Of a DNA stretch of 64,000 nt, positions 38,940 through 47,879 are shown piece after piece. The translations under genes were made by a program, and so were the position numbers. How positions within the stretch are numbered: position 1 is the stretch's first letter; each line of letters opens with the position of its first letter. The notes under the pieces are model-generated. The model was not told the origin of the DNA, searched no databases, and saw only the letters and a program-made list of their open reading frames with translations. Source of the DNA: Patescibacteria group bacterium (lineage in GTDB: Bacteria; Patescibacteriota; Minisyncoccia; Phycocordibacterales; UBA1006); the NCBI GenBank assembly GCA_028286885.1, contig JAQBQS010000003.1, positions 44,607 through 108,606 of the forward strand, in the 5' to 3' direction.

Positions 38940-39194
38940 ATGAAAAAACCTTTTGTTATTCTCGCTGCTATCTTGGTTGTAGCAAGTTCCGGCTGCAGCC
39001 ATAGGAAGGCTGAAGATCCGAAGAAGTATTCGGATTACGATATCAGATTCGCCAAATCACAAGCTTATTTTACCGCTGCGCTTATTGCTAATGGACGCGC
39101 ATCAAATGCCGGGTCGCATGAAGAAGTCGACAGATTTTACAGCCTGTATGAGCAATTCAGAGACAGCGCTAATGTTTATCGCGAACCAAACTAA
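38940..39194 (+). CDS. small hypothetical lipoprotein
   Basis: MKKPFVILAAILVVASSGC lipobox. 84 aa. Confidence 0.4.
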   Translation: MKKPFVILAAILVVASSGCSHRKAEDPKKYSDYDIRFAKSQAYFTAALIANGRASNAGSHEEVDRFYSLYEQFRDSANVYREPN

Positions 39195-39241
39195 CCGTCA
39201 GAATTATTTAGAGCAGGTCGAGAGACTTGCTTTTTTATTAC

Positions 39242-39734
39242 CTCACCCGTCTCGCTTCGCGAGCCACCCTCTCCTCTGCGAGGAGAGGGACGAACTTTAG
39301 ATTTTCTTTAAATATGGTTGTTAAAATTCCATTCATGGGAATTATCAATGGAATTCAAAATAAAGAAAAAAGAAGATTTCTTCGCAAAAACCAAACACTT
39401 GAGGAAGAATTTGTTTGGAGAAACCTACGAGGGAACAAAATGGGAATGAAATGGCGACGGCAAGTAAGTATTGGTCAGTATGTCGCAGATTTTTACTGCA
39501 CGGCAAGAAAGCTTGTTTTAGAGATCGATGGCGACCAACATCTTGCTGAGAGTGCTAGAGGATATGATGAAATTAGGACTCATTTTTTCGAAATAAATGG
39601 AATTAAAGTAATTCGGATTTCTAATAAAGAACTTAATAGCGACCCTCAGATTCTTTATCAGAAGATAAAAGATTTCGAACGCTGACCCTCTCCTCGCAGA
39701 GGAGAGGGTGGTTTGCGCAGCAAACCGGGTGAGG
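39242..39734. mobile_element. MITE-like element: DUF559 endonuclease gene flanked by ~55-bp GC-rich nested-palindrome terminal inverted repeats
   Basis: Left IR 39242..39296 CCTCACCCGTCTCGCTTCGCGAGCCACCCTCTCCTCTGCGAGGAGAGGGACGAAC. Right IR 39677..39734 GAACGCTGACCCTCTCCTCGCAGAGGAGAGGGTGGTTTGCGCAGCAAACCGGGTGAGG. The arms are reverse complements, and each contains the internal palindrome CCCTCTCCTCTGCGAGGAGAGGG. Host terminators flank both ends. Confidence 0.6.
39314..39685 (+). CDS. DUF559 (Vsr-like endonuclease fold) domain protein
   Basis: FVWRNLRGNKMGMKWRRQVSIGQYVADFYCTARKLVLEIDGDQH...IKVIRISNKEL matches the DUF559 core. The stop codon lies inside the right IR. Confidence 0.65.
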   Translation: MVVKIPFMGIINGIQNKEKRRFLRKNQTLEEEFVWRNLRGNKMGMKWRRQVSIGQYVADFYCTARKLVLEIDGDQHLAESARGYDEIRTHFFEINGIKVIRISNKELNSDPQILYQKIKDFER

Positions 39735-39742
39735 TTTGTAAA

Positions 39743-39766
39743 AGGCGACTAACATCGCCTTTTTTC
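39743..39766 (+). terminator. intrinsic terminator
   Basis: aaggcgactaacatcgcctttttt, followed by cttgccaaaaa. Confidence 0.6.
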
Positions 39767-39950
39767 TTGCCAAAAATTATTTTCATGTCGTTTTAACGAA
39801 TATAAGCAAGTTATGCACAAGAATCTTCAAATGGAACATTGTGGAACTTGGTGGGATGGCGTACGATATAAGTGGGATGAAGTGGCATACACTTGTGAAC
39901 GCCGATAAATCCTGGATCCCGGATCAAGTCCGGGATGACGAACAATTATT

Positions 39951-40385
39951 ATGTTAATCGGAGAATACCGGCACACGCTGGACGAAAAGAATCGATTGTC
40001 GCTCCCGGCGAAATTTCGCAAGGAGCTCGGCAAAAAAATTATCATGACGCGAGGTCTCGATCGCTGTCTTTTCGTATATCCGGTTGCCGAGTGGAAGAAA
40101 TTTTCCGAACAGCTCGCATCGCTCTCGATCGGTTCGGCCGAGGGGCGAGGTTTCTCGCGAGCGATGCTCGGAGGCGCCATGGAGGTTGATGTGGACGGCA
40201 GCGGCCGCGTGCTCGTGCCCGACCATTTGAAATCCTACGGATCGCTCTCGGCGAAAGTCGTCGTGGCAGGAATCCATAATCGCGTCGAGCTTTGGAACGA
40301 GGAGGCTTGGAACTCGTACACCACAGGCGTCGAGAAGGAAGCGAATTCATTGGCTCAGAAATTAGCAGATATCGGAATGATCTAG
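39951..40385 (+). CDS. mraZ: transcriptional regulator MraZ
   Basis: MLIGEYRHTLDEKNRLSLPAKFRKEL and a second repeat, GRVLVPDHLKSY. It heads the dcw cluster. Confidence 0.85.
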   Translation: MLIGEYRHTLDEKNRLSLPAKFRKELGKKIIMTRGLDRCLFVYPVAEWKKFSEQLASLSIGSAEGRGFSRAMLGGAMEVDVDGSGRVLVPDHLKSYGSLSAKVVVAGIHNRVELWNEEAWNSYTTGVEKEANSLAQKLADIGMI

Positions 40386-40389
40386 TTGT

Positions 40390-41304
40390 ATGCACATTCC
40401 CGTACTGTTTAATGAATCAATAGAAGCTCTTTCAATAAAAAAAGACGGGACATACGTTGACGGGACGCTCGGAGGGGCAGGGCATGCCTGTGAAATTGCC
40501 AGGCATTTGGGGCCAGATGGAACGTTGATTGGTTTCGATCTGGATTCGAATGCAATAGCTCGCGCCAAGGAAAAACTTACCCCCTCCGCGATACGCTCCG
40601 GCGGGTCAGGGCAGATGTGCAAAGTCATTCTTGTTCAAGAAAACTTCAGGAATCTCGATAAAGTTCTTGAAGAACATGATATCCAAGAAGTTGAGGGAAT
40701 ATTTCTTGATTTGGGATGGTCGTCATTTCAGATTGCCGACGCGAGCAGGGGGCTATCTTTCCAAGAAGACGGGCCTCTGAAAATGACATTGAAGGACAAT
40801 CCGGGCGAGGACGATGTGACGGCTTATGACATCGTGAACTCATGGGACGAGAAAACGATCGCGGATACGATCTACACCTACGGCGACGAGCGCGCATCGC
40901 GCAGAATTGCCAAGGCAATCGTGGATTGGCGCCGCAAAAAGCCGATTATCACGACGTTCGACTTAGTTTCCGTCATCGAATCGGTAATGCCAAGAAAGCC
41001 TTGGATGAAAACCAATCCGGCAACGAAAACGTTTCAGGCCCTTCGCATCGCAACGAATGATGAATACGGGGCGCTCGGCGAAACGCTTGAGAAAGGATTC
41101 GAAAGGCTCAAGCAAAGCGGGCGATTCGCGATCATTTCATTCCACTCGGGCGAGGATCGCATTGTCAAAAATTTCTTCCGCGACAAGGCGCATGCCGATC
41201 TTGCAACCTTGATTACGAAAAAACCAATCACGCCAAGCGAAGCGGAACTCGCAGTCAATCCGCGTGCCCGAAGTTCGAAGCTGCGCATCTTAGAAAAAAT
41301 ATGA
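40390..41304 (+). CDS. rsmH: 16S rRNA (cytosine1402-N4)-methyltransferase RsmH
   Basis: HIPVLFNESIEAL...YVDGTLGGAGHA...GFDLD is the RsmH/MraW signature. Confidence 0.9.
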   Translation: MHIPVLFNESIEALSIKKDGTYVDGTLGGAGHACEIARHLGPDGTLIGFDLDSNAIARAKEKLTPSAIRSGGSGQMCKVILVQENFRNLDKVLEEHDIQEVEGIFLDLGWSSFQIADASRGLSFQEDGPLKMTLKDNPGEDDVTAYDIVNSWDEKTIADTIYTYGDERASRRIAKAIVDWRRKKPIITTFDLVSVIESVMPRKPWMKTNPATKTFQALRIATNDEYGALGETLEKGFERLKQSGRFAIISFHSGEDRIVKNFFRDKAHADLATLITKKPITPSEAELAVNPRARSSKLRILEKI

Positions 41305-41609
41305 TTCCTTTTACAAAAAAAATCTTTTCCGGAACTTTGAACACGACACTCCTTATGGTCATCGTGGGCTTGTTCGGTGCGTACTCGTTTTTCATCGGGC
41401 ACAGCGTTGTTGCTATTAACCAGCGCAAGGCTCTTTTGTCGCAAGTACGTACCACCCAATCAGCAGTGTCAGATTCAGAAATTAAATATTTCAACCTTGC
41501 CTCCGCAATCGACATGAATACGGCGGCGAAATACGGCTTCGTTGATTCCAAAACACCCGACTTTGCCTACACGGCACCGAATGGCGAGAATACAGTGGCT
41601 GTAAGATAA
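41301..41609 (+). CDS. FtsL-like small bitopic cell-division protein
   Basis: 102 aa with a single TM (LLMVIVGLFGAYSFFIGHSVVAI), positioned between rsmH and ftsI. Confidence 0.5.
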   Translation: MIPFTKKIFSGTLNTTLLMVIVGLFGAYSFFIGHSVVAINQRKALLSQVRTTQSAVSDSEIKYFNLASAIDMNTAAKYGFVDSKTPDFAYTAPNGENTVAVR

Positions 41610-41617
41610 ATATTTCA

Positions 41618-41775
41618 TACCCCCTCGCCTCGCAGAGCCTCGGCATTCCCCCTAGAAGGGGGAGACAGTTCTGCTGGATTATTTTTTAAAATCTTTTTTT
41701 CAGCTAAATCACAACTTCCAGTTATGCGAAGCTGTCCTCCCCTTATAGGGGAGGTGCCCGTAGGGCGGAGGGGTA
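41618..41775. repeat. cargo-less GC-rich nested-palindrome element (related to the DUF559 element)
   Basis: Left TACCCCCTCGCCTCGCAGAGCCTCGGCATTCCCCCTAGAAGGGGGAGACAG. Right CTGTCCTCCCCTTATAGGGGAGGTGCCCGTAGGGCGGAGGGGTA. The arms are inverted repeats separated by a 63-bp AT-rich spacer, filling the ftsL-ftsI intergenic region. Confidence 0.55.
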
Positions 41776-41798
41776 TTGGTATGTTAAAATAACACCCA

Positions 41799-43514
41799 AT
41801 GGATGCAATTATTTTTAAAAAGCGAATATGGATCGTGATCTTGGGAGTCGTTCTCGTGGTCCTTTTGATCATCGGAAAATTATTTTATCTGCAGATCATC
41901 CACGGCTCGACGTACGAACTCTTGGCGGACCGGCAATACGTAACGCAGCTCTCAACGCTCTTTGACCGCGGATCGATTTATTTCTCTGACAAGGACGGCA
42001 ATCTCGTTTCCGCCGCGACGCTCAAATCAGGATTCAAGGTAGCGATTAATCCGGGACAGATCACCGATCCGGAAACTGTTTTTAAGGCGATCGGTCCGAC
42101 GCTCGGACTCGACCATGACACGTTCGTTATGCGCGCGTCCAAGAAGAACGATAGCTATGAGGAAATTGCAACGAATATTGACGAGGAAGCGGCGTCTCAC
42201 GTTTCAGCTCTTAAGATTCCAGGCCTTTCCATCTACCGAATGAACTGGCGGTTTTATCCGGGAGCATTCTTGGCGTCGAATGTCATCGGATTTATGGCGT
42301 ACAAGGGAAACGATTTCACGGGCCGTTACGGCATCGAACGCGCCTACAACGACATTCTCTCGCGGGCGAGCCAGGACTTGTACGTGAACTTTTTCGCGGA
42401 AATCTTCTCGGACGTGGGCAACCTTGTCGACAAGAAGACCGAGACCGAGGGCGATATTGTTACGACGATCGAGCCGTCAGTGCAGCAAAACTTGGAGTCG
42501 ATGCTCAAGGGAGTCCAGACAGAGTGGAATTCGGATCGCGTCGGCGGCATTGTCATGGATCCCAAAACCGGAGCGGTCTTGGCCATGGGGCTCTCCGACG
42601 GATTCGATTTGAATCAGAGCCGAAACGTTACCGACGTTTCGCAGTTCAATAATCCTCTTGTGGAAAGCGATTTTGAAATGGGCTCGATCATGAAGCCGGT
42701 CATCATGTCGATTGCGATCGATCAGGGCGCGGTTACGCCAACAACGACTTATAATGACAAAGGATTCGTGCAGGTTGCAAACCGCACGATCTACAATTTC
42801 GACAAGAAAGGGCGCGGTGCAAACATCACGATGCAACAAGTTCTTAATCAATCCCTTAACACGGGAATGGTCTTCGTCATGCAGCACATGGACAAGGCGG
42901 CGTTTCGCGACCAGTGGAAATCATTCGGATTCGGCGAAAAAACGGGAATCGATCTGCCGGCCGAGGGAACGGGACTCATTTCGAACGTGAACACGAACTA
43001 TGATGTGAACTTTGCGAACATCTCGTTCGGCCAAGGCGTTGCGGTCACGCCGATCGAGATGATCCGCGCGCTTGCTGTTTTGGCAAACGGCGGGCATTTG
43101 GTCACGCCGCATGTCGCTTCGCGAGTCGAGTATCCGAGCGGACTTTCAAAGACGTTGGACTGGCCGGTAACAGGGCAATTGATCAAGCCTGAGACTGACG
43201 CGACAATTACAAAGATGCTCACAACCGTGTTTGATAATTACAACGGCGGAACGATCAAGCTCGATCATTATTCCATCGCGGCGAAAACGGGTACGGCGCA
43301 GATTCCTGATTCGTCCACCGGAGGCTACTATCCTGATCGCAACCTTCACACGTTCATGGCGTACTTCCCGGCGCAGGATCCAAAGTTCATCGTCTTCTTC
43401 TACAACTACTATCCGAAAAACGGCGCCAAATATTCGTCAGATACGCTCCTTCCGCCGTTCGTAAATTTTGCGAAATTCCTGATAAATTATTACGATGTTC
43501 CGCCGGACCGGTAA
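41799..43514 (+). CDS. ftsI: penicillin-binding protein / peptidoglycan D,D-transpeptidase FtsI
   Basis: N-terminal TM and dimerisation domain. Transpeptidase motifs SIMK (SxxK), SLN (SxN) and KTGTA. Confidence 0.85.
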   Translation: MDAIIFKKRIWIVILGVVLVVLLIIGKLFYLQIIHGSTYELLADRQYVTQLSTLFDRGSIYFSDKDGNLVSAATLKSGFKVAINPGQITDPETVFKAIGPTLGLDHDTFVMRASKKNDSYEEIATNIDEEAASHVSALKIPGLSIYRMNWRFYPGAFLASNVIGFMAYKGNDFTGRYGIERAYNDILSRASQDLYVNFFAEIFSDVGNLVDKKTETEGDIVTTIEPSVQQNLESMLKGVQTEWNSDRVGGIVMDPKTGAVLAMGLSDGFDLNQSRNVTDVSQFNNPLVESDFEMGSIMKPVIMSIAIDQGAVTPTTTYNDKGFVQVANRTIYNFDKKGRGANITMQQVLNQSLNTGMVFVMQHMDKAAFRDQWKSFGFGEKTGIDLPAEGTGLISNVNTNYDVNFANISFGQGVAVTPIEMIRALAVLANGGHLVTPHVASRVEYPSGLSKTLDWPVTGQLIKPETDATITKMLTTVFDNYNGGTIKLDHYSIAAKTGTAQIPDSSTGGYYPDRNLHTFMAYFPAQDPKFIVFFYNYYPKNGAKYSSDTLLPPFVNFAKFLINYYDVPPDR

Positions 43515-43526
43515 GACTTTGTTTCA

Positions 43527-43853
43527 ATGCTGCAATCTGCTAGAATGTGGAAAATTCAAACAATGAAACAGAAACAAGGAATCGAACTTTTACAGCAATG
43601 GGAAAATACCAAGAAGGCAGTTCTTATGATCATCATGGAAAATCCGGACGGAATATCGCATACGGCGCTTGTGCAAAAAATAAACAAGGCTGATCAGTCC
43701 TCCTATGACAAAAATGGCGAAAGTATTCTTGATTATTGTAACGATCGTGGTCCGCATTATTTTATTAACGAGCTTATGGACGCGAACAAGATAGAGAATT
43801 TCTATCTGCCTGCAAATATCTGCAGCGAATGCCTCTATCGCGTTGCGGCTTAA
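43527..43853 (+). CDS. hypothetical protein
   Basis: 108 aa. No homology recognised. Confidence 0.35.
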   Translation: MLQSARMWKIQTMKQKQGIELLQQWENTKKAVLMIIMENPDGISHTALVQKINKADQSSYDKNGESILDYCNDRGPHYFINELMDANKIENFYLPANICSECLYRVAA

Positions 43854-43860
43854 CATAAAA

Positions 43861-43887
43861 CCGCCCTTAATCAAGGCGGTTTTTTCT
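43861..43887. terminator. bidirectional intrinsic terminator
   Basis: aaaccgcccttaatcaaggcggtttttt between convergent genes. Confidence 0.6.
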
Positions 43888-44502
43888 TGCAAGAAGTATT
43901 CCGTTATCCATATCCAAAATTTCAAACGTCCATCCTTTTTCTTTTAAGAGTTCAAAAAACGGCTGCATACGCGAACCCATATTGCCCGCGTTATCCGCAA
44001 TGATTGTTGCATTCTCGGCAAGGTGAGGTTCGAGGAGGGGGAAGTATTCATGGTAATGTCCGCGGTCGGCGTCCATGAAAACGAAGTCGAATTTCAAATT
44101 TTGTTTCAGCAAGTCTGAATTATTCAACACATCCATGATAGTGCCTAAATAAGGCGTTACATATTTCTCAAATCCTGTATTCTTAATATTTTCTTTTGCG
44201 AGTTCGAACTTGTTTTCCATGTGTTCGATGGTGAAAACGTGCGCGCCAATTTCTGCTGCTGCATGCGAGAGCCAAACGGTCGAATAGCCGAGGGATGTTC
44301 CGAGTTCGAGAATGCTTTTTGGTTTCAATATTAAAACCTGTTCATGCAAAAATTCTCCCGTAGCGCGGGGAATGGCCCAGGCGCGCTGGCCTTTGGTCGG
44401 ATCGTTTATGAGGTCTTCGCCTCGCGCGATCTGGCTCGGCGACCACCAAACAAATTGTTCCGCCTGCTTCTCGATATTGGAAAGGGATTCCTCGAATGTC
44501 AT
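43867..44502 (-). CDS. class I SAM-dependent O-methyltransferase (family 3-like)
   Basis: ILELGTSLGYSTVWLS...VFTIEH...FDFVFMDAD are typical O-MT family 3 / YrrM-like blocks. Confidence 0.7.
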   Translation of the reverse strand: MTFEESLSNIEKQAEQFVWWSPSQIARGEDLINDPTKGQRAWAIPRATGEFLHEQVLILKPKSILELGTSLGYSTVWLSHAAAEIGAHVFTIEHMENKFELAKENIKNTGFEKYVTPYLGTIMDVLNNSDLLKQNLKFDFVFMDADRGHYHEYFPLLEPHLAENATIIADNAGNMGSRMQPFFELLKEKGWTFEILDMDNGILLARKNRLD

Positions 44503-44533
44503 GGGGGAAGTATAGCAAAATAAAAACCGAGTC

Positions 44534-45052
44534 CTAGGACTCGGCGTATTCTAATAGAATTTCTAGCTGCTTCTCAAAGATTCGTATATAGCGATCGTAT
44601 CTTGCAACGAGCCTTTCGACACCTTCGATATCGTAACCGATACCGAGTATCATCCTGCCTTTCTCGAAAGTAAATACATTCGAACTAAGTAAGTCACGGA
44701 ATGTAGTAAGATAGCGAATTCGGACTTTTGTTTTGTCGATAAGCGCATAGATACTGGGAATGTTAGTATTCTTTTTTACGGATTTTGTTATCGTAGTGAT
44801 ACGTTTTGTAAGTTCGCGCGCATCCCGATCCTCGAGAGGTTTTGTTTTCAAATCGTTAAGCTGCGTGACGATATCTTCGTTGTTTGAAGCCATGAAGGCA
44901 TAGTTCTTTCTGATTCTGCGGAGCGACCTCCAAAAGATCCACAATAGGAATCTTCCTGCAATAATATCCGATTTGTCGACATAGACGACGCGAGTGAGGA
45001 AAATGACTGTTCCGACTAAAAAGATGATAAGCGGGATGTAGTAAATATTCAT
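44534..45052 (-). CDS. hypothetical membrane-anchored protein
   Basis: N-terminal TM IYYIPLIIFLVGTVIFL. 172 aa. Confidence 0.45.
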   Translation of the reverse strand: MNIYYIPLIIFLVGTVIFLTRVVYVDKSDIIAGRFLLWIFWRSLRRIRKNYAFMASNNEDIVTQLNDLKTKPLEDRDARELTKRITTITKSVKKNTNIPSIYALIDKTKVRIRYLTTFRDLLSSNVFTFEKGRMILGIGYDIEGVERLVARYDRYIRIFEKQLEILLEYAES

Positions 45053-45149
45053 ATTATATTGTTATATTTCCTTTACTATAGCACAAATTATACTTTTTTC
45101 AAGAGCGCTTCACGATTCCAAAAAACCGCGCAATGCGGTTTTTTGGAAT

Positions 45150-45950
45150 TTAATAATTTGTTGTTGTATTCAACTGATAGGTTCCGACGACATTTCCACT
45201 CTGGTCATAAACCGTCACCGTTCCTCGGTAATTGGTGTTACTTGAAAGATTATTCAAGTAAATAGTATTCGACATTCCGTAGAGATTTCCGGAGTTCGCA
45301 GTCAACGTATTTCCATTAGGACCATAATAGCTGACAGTTGCTCGTACGGGCATGTTTGCGCCGATGTTGAGCGTTGCCGCGTTGTTCGTCACATTAGAAA
45401 CTGAGAATGTCGGATTATATGACATGCTCGTGCCCGCAGGGAATGCCTGGATCGTTGAAGATCCAAAAGCTCCTCCTGAAGAATTTCCTCCTACTGAGAA
45501 CGTGTGGCCCGCGCCCGTATTGATTCCGCTTAGCGTTATGTTGTGGTTCGTGCTGTATCCTTGTGAAGGATTTGCATATCCTGACAACACATTTGGCGTC
45601 GTAGGATTAGCTGTGTACCAAAGAAGGGTCGTTGTAGGCTGATCGGTTGTCCATGAAATCATAGCGCCAGTTGATGTCAGATTAGTCACCATGATATTGC
45701 TTATGACCGGTGAACCTGTTGTTATGACAGTTCCACCTGTGTTGTATCGGCAAAACGACATCTGGGCAGCGATCGCATCAGGCAACGACTGGCATACGAC
45801 AGCAGCCTGCGTGACGCTCAGAAGCGTAAAGCCGCTGACCTGGGGCGAGACGGTATAGTTGGATGCGAGTGAAAGAGCAGGGAATGCGAAGAGTGCTGCA
45901 AGTCCGGCGATAGTTGAAACCAGATACGTCTTCGTTGAATATTTTTTCAT
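45150..45950 (-). CDS. secreted Thr/Ser/Asn-rich protein (beta-sandwich repeat-like)
   Basis: Signal peptide MKKYSTKTYLVSTIAGLAALFAFPALSLA. T/S/N/G-rich. Confidence 0.5.
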   Translation of the reverse strand: MKKYSTKTYLVSTIAGLAALFAFPALSLASNYTVSPQVSGFTLLSVTQAAVVCQSLPDAIAAQMSFCRYNTGGTVITTGSPVISNIMVTNLTSTGAMISWTTDQPTTTLLWYTANPTTPNVLSGYANPSQGYSTNHNITLSGINTGAGHTFSVGGNSSGGAFGSSTIQAFPAGTSMSYNPTFSVSNVTNNAATLNIGANMPVRATVSYYGPNGNTLTANSGNLYGMSNTIYLNNLSSNTNYRGTVTVYDQSGNVVGTYQLNTTTNY

Positions 45951-46157
45951 ACGTCGTGGCGATTACTTCATATTAACTCGTTAATATTCGGTAATCGTAA
46001 AATTAGCGAATAAACTCCGTTGCTATTAATAATGACTCTCGACACCTTCAGTATACTCCTCTAAAAATAAGAGGAGTACATATTGACAGTGGATAAGATT
46101 TGTATCTTATTTTTCAATGAAAAATCCCCTTGGTTTGCAAGGGGATTAGATAAATTC

Positions 46158-46709
46158 TTAATCAAGAACTGTTTCTTTAGTTCCGATAGAAATAATTTCG
46201 AGACCTGTCACGTCCAGATTCCCTTTGTAGAGAACATGGGGAACTTTGTAATTTACGAGGAAGTTCAATCCGTTGCCAAGCCTTTCCTCGAAGTACGTTA
46301 TCGTTTCCTTAGGCAGCATGGAGTGGCGGCGGACGGATTCCGGAGAAAATTCCTCGAGATGTTCAGGTGCGATGCTATGCCATTCCTTTTTTGGAGGATG
46401 AACATAGATTCTCGTCAGTTCATGATCGAGCATCTCGACAGGAATCTTGTAGAATCGGGTGCCAAAGGGCGTGTAGTTAAACCGGTCGTAGACTTCCTGA
46501 TACTGGTTCGGATGGACCGGCGACATGAAGATCACGTCGTTCCACATGCAATCCAGAGTTGGAATCCGGATATCAAGTACCTTTTCTCGGCCTTCGTATT
46601 TGTTGACGTGCAGATCGTATGCCTCGGGATTTACCAACCGCAATGCATTGAGCGTGTAAAGGATCGGTCCCTCCATATTGGGAGGAATCCGGTGATAGAC
46701 ATATTCCAT
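46158..46709 (-). CDS. hypothetical protein
   Basis: 183 aa with balanced composition. The fully overlapping + strand ORF 46083..46751 is judged a shadow. Confidence 0.45.
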   Translation of the reverse strand: MEYVYHRIPPNMEGPILYTLNALRLVNPEAYDLHVNKYEGREKVLDIRIPTLDCMWNDVIFMSPVHPNQYQEVYDRFNYTPFGTRFYKIPVEMLDHELTRIYVHPPKKEWHSIAPEHLEEFSPESVRRHSMLPKETITYFEERLGNGLNFLVNYKVPHVLYKGNLDVTGLEIISIGTKETVLD

Positions 46710-46835
46710 GATTATATATTTTTTGTTGGGAAATATTTAAATATATCATAGCATTATCTTTATAAAAGTCAAATTTTATTCTTTTACAAGAATTCCGCTG
46801 AAAATACTTGAAAGTATTGAAGAATGAGCGTATAG

Positions 46836-47381
46836 TTGAGTAAAACATGTAATATGAGCCTTAAAAAGAAAATATGCTACACGACTCAGCCGTTTGATCT
46901 CTTGCAAAAAATGGATTGCACAGGAATGCTTGAAAAGGCAAAAATATTCTTTTCGGATACGGACCATTCGAAAGAAATCTCATCCGGCGAACTGGATGAG
47001 ATATTGAGAATCCTGATTGAGATAAAGCTTCTGGGCATTCAGTTTGAAGTTCAATTTTCTGCGGATAATTCCCAGGAACTGATTGCTGGCTGGAACGAAG
47101 TTTTTCCAAAAACGAATCCAGGGTCGAGAATGTCATCGCTCGCGTATCTGACAGGGGGAGAAGAAAAAGACATTCTTCTTTTGCTGAAAACGCTCGACAA
47201 GGATCCTGATCTTTCGAAACGCTTCGATGACCTTGTTCAATTTGAGGCGAGCGTCGCTCCTTACAGGATTAATCAGCCAAAGGCATTACAATCTGCCGCA
47301 GAAGCTTTGCTTTTGCCAGGTCGAAAAACTGACTACATAACAGCATTCGGTCCGCCGGAAAAAGATTTCATCAGACTATAA
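46836..47381 (+). CDS. hypothetical protein
   Basis: 181 aa. No homology recognised. Confidence 0.4.
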   Translation: MSKTCNMSLKKKICYTTQPFDLLQKMDCTGMLEKAKIFFSDTDHSKEISSGELDEILRILIEIKLLGIQFEVQFSADNSQELIAGWNEVFPKTNPGSRMSSLAYLTGGEEKDILLLLKTLDKDPDLSKRFDDLVQFEASVAPYRINQPKALQSAAEALLLPGRKTDYITAFGPPEKDFIRL

Positions 47382-47406
47382 AAACCCTCGCGGGTTTTTT
47401 TATTTA

Positions 47407-47868
47407 TTACACGTGATGATATTTTCCTCCTGAAATCAAATTTGTCACCCGATACAGCTGTTCGGCAATGACAAGCCGCGCCAGTTCGTGCGGCATGGTC
47501 ATGGCTCCGAGCTTTATAATCTGATTTGCTTGCGACTTGAAATTCTCATCAAGTCCGTACGCGCCGCCGATGACAAAGACCATTCGCTTGAATGATTCGT
47601 TCAGCTTCGATTCGATCAGTTTCGAGAATTCCGCTGTCGAGTATTCGCGTCCGCGTTCGTCGAGTGCTACGACAAAATCACCCTTCTTTATTTTTGAAAG
47701 AAGTTTTTCTGATTCTTTGATTCTGCATTGTTCGGTGTTATCGATGCCAAGAGGTTCCAAGATTTCCAGTTCCAAGGAAAACGGAGCGACAATGCGCTTT
47801 TTGTATTCTTGGATCATTGGATCGTATTCTGATTTTTTCTTGCCGATGGCGAGGATGGTGAGGGTCAT
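47407..47868 (-). CDS. rlmH: 23S rRNA (pseudouridine1915-N3)-methyltransferase RlmH
   Basis: SPOUT YbeA-type: LTILAIGKKKSEYDPMIQEYKKRI...VFVIGGAYGLDE...MTMPHELARLVIAEQLYR. Confidence 0.85.
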   Translation of the reverse strand: MTLTILAIGKKKSEYDPMIQEYKKRIVAPFSLELEILEPLGIDNTEQCRIKESEKLLSKIKKGDFVVALDERGREYSTAEFSKLIESKLNESFKRMVFVIGGAYGLDENFKSQANQIIKLGAMTMPHELARLVIAEQLYRVTNLISGGKYHHV

Positions 47869-47879
47869 AACAATAGGAG

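Noticed and set aside
39780-39950. Hairpin GGATCCCGGATCAAGTCCGGGATG resembling a tRNA T-arm in the region upstream of mraZ
   Set aside because: No acceptor stem, anticodon arm or D-arm can be built around it. It is more likely a leader-RNA structure.
46083-46751. 222-aa + strand ORF fully overlapping the 183-aa minus-strand ORF
   Set aside because: Its R/F/C-rich composition is typical of an antisense shadow ORF. The minus-strand frame has the more protein-like composition.
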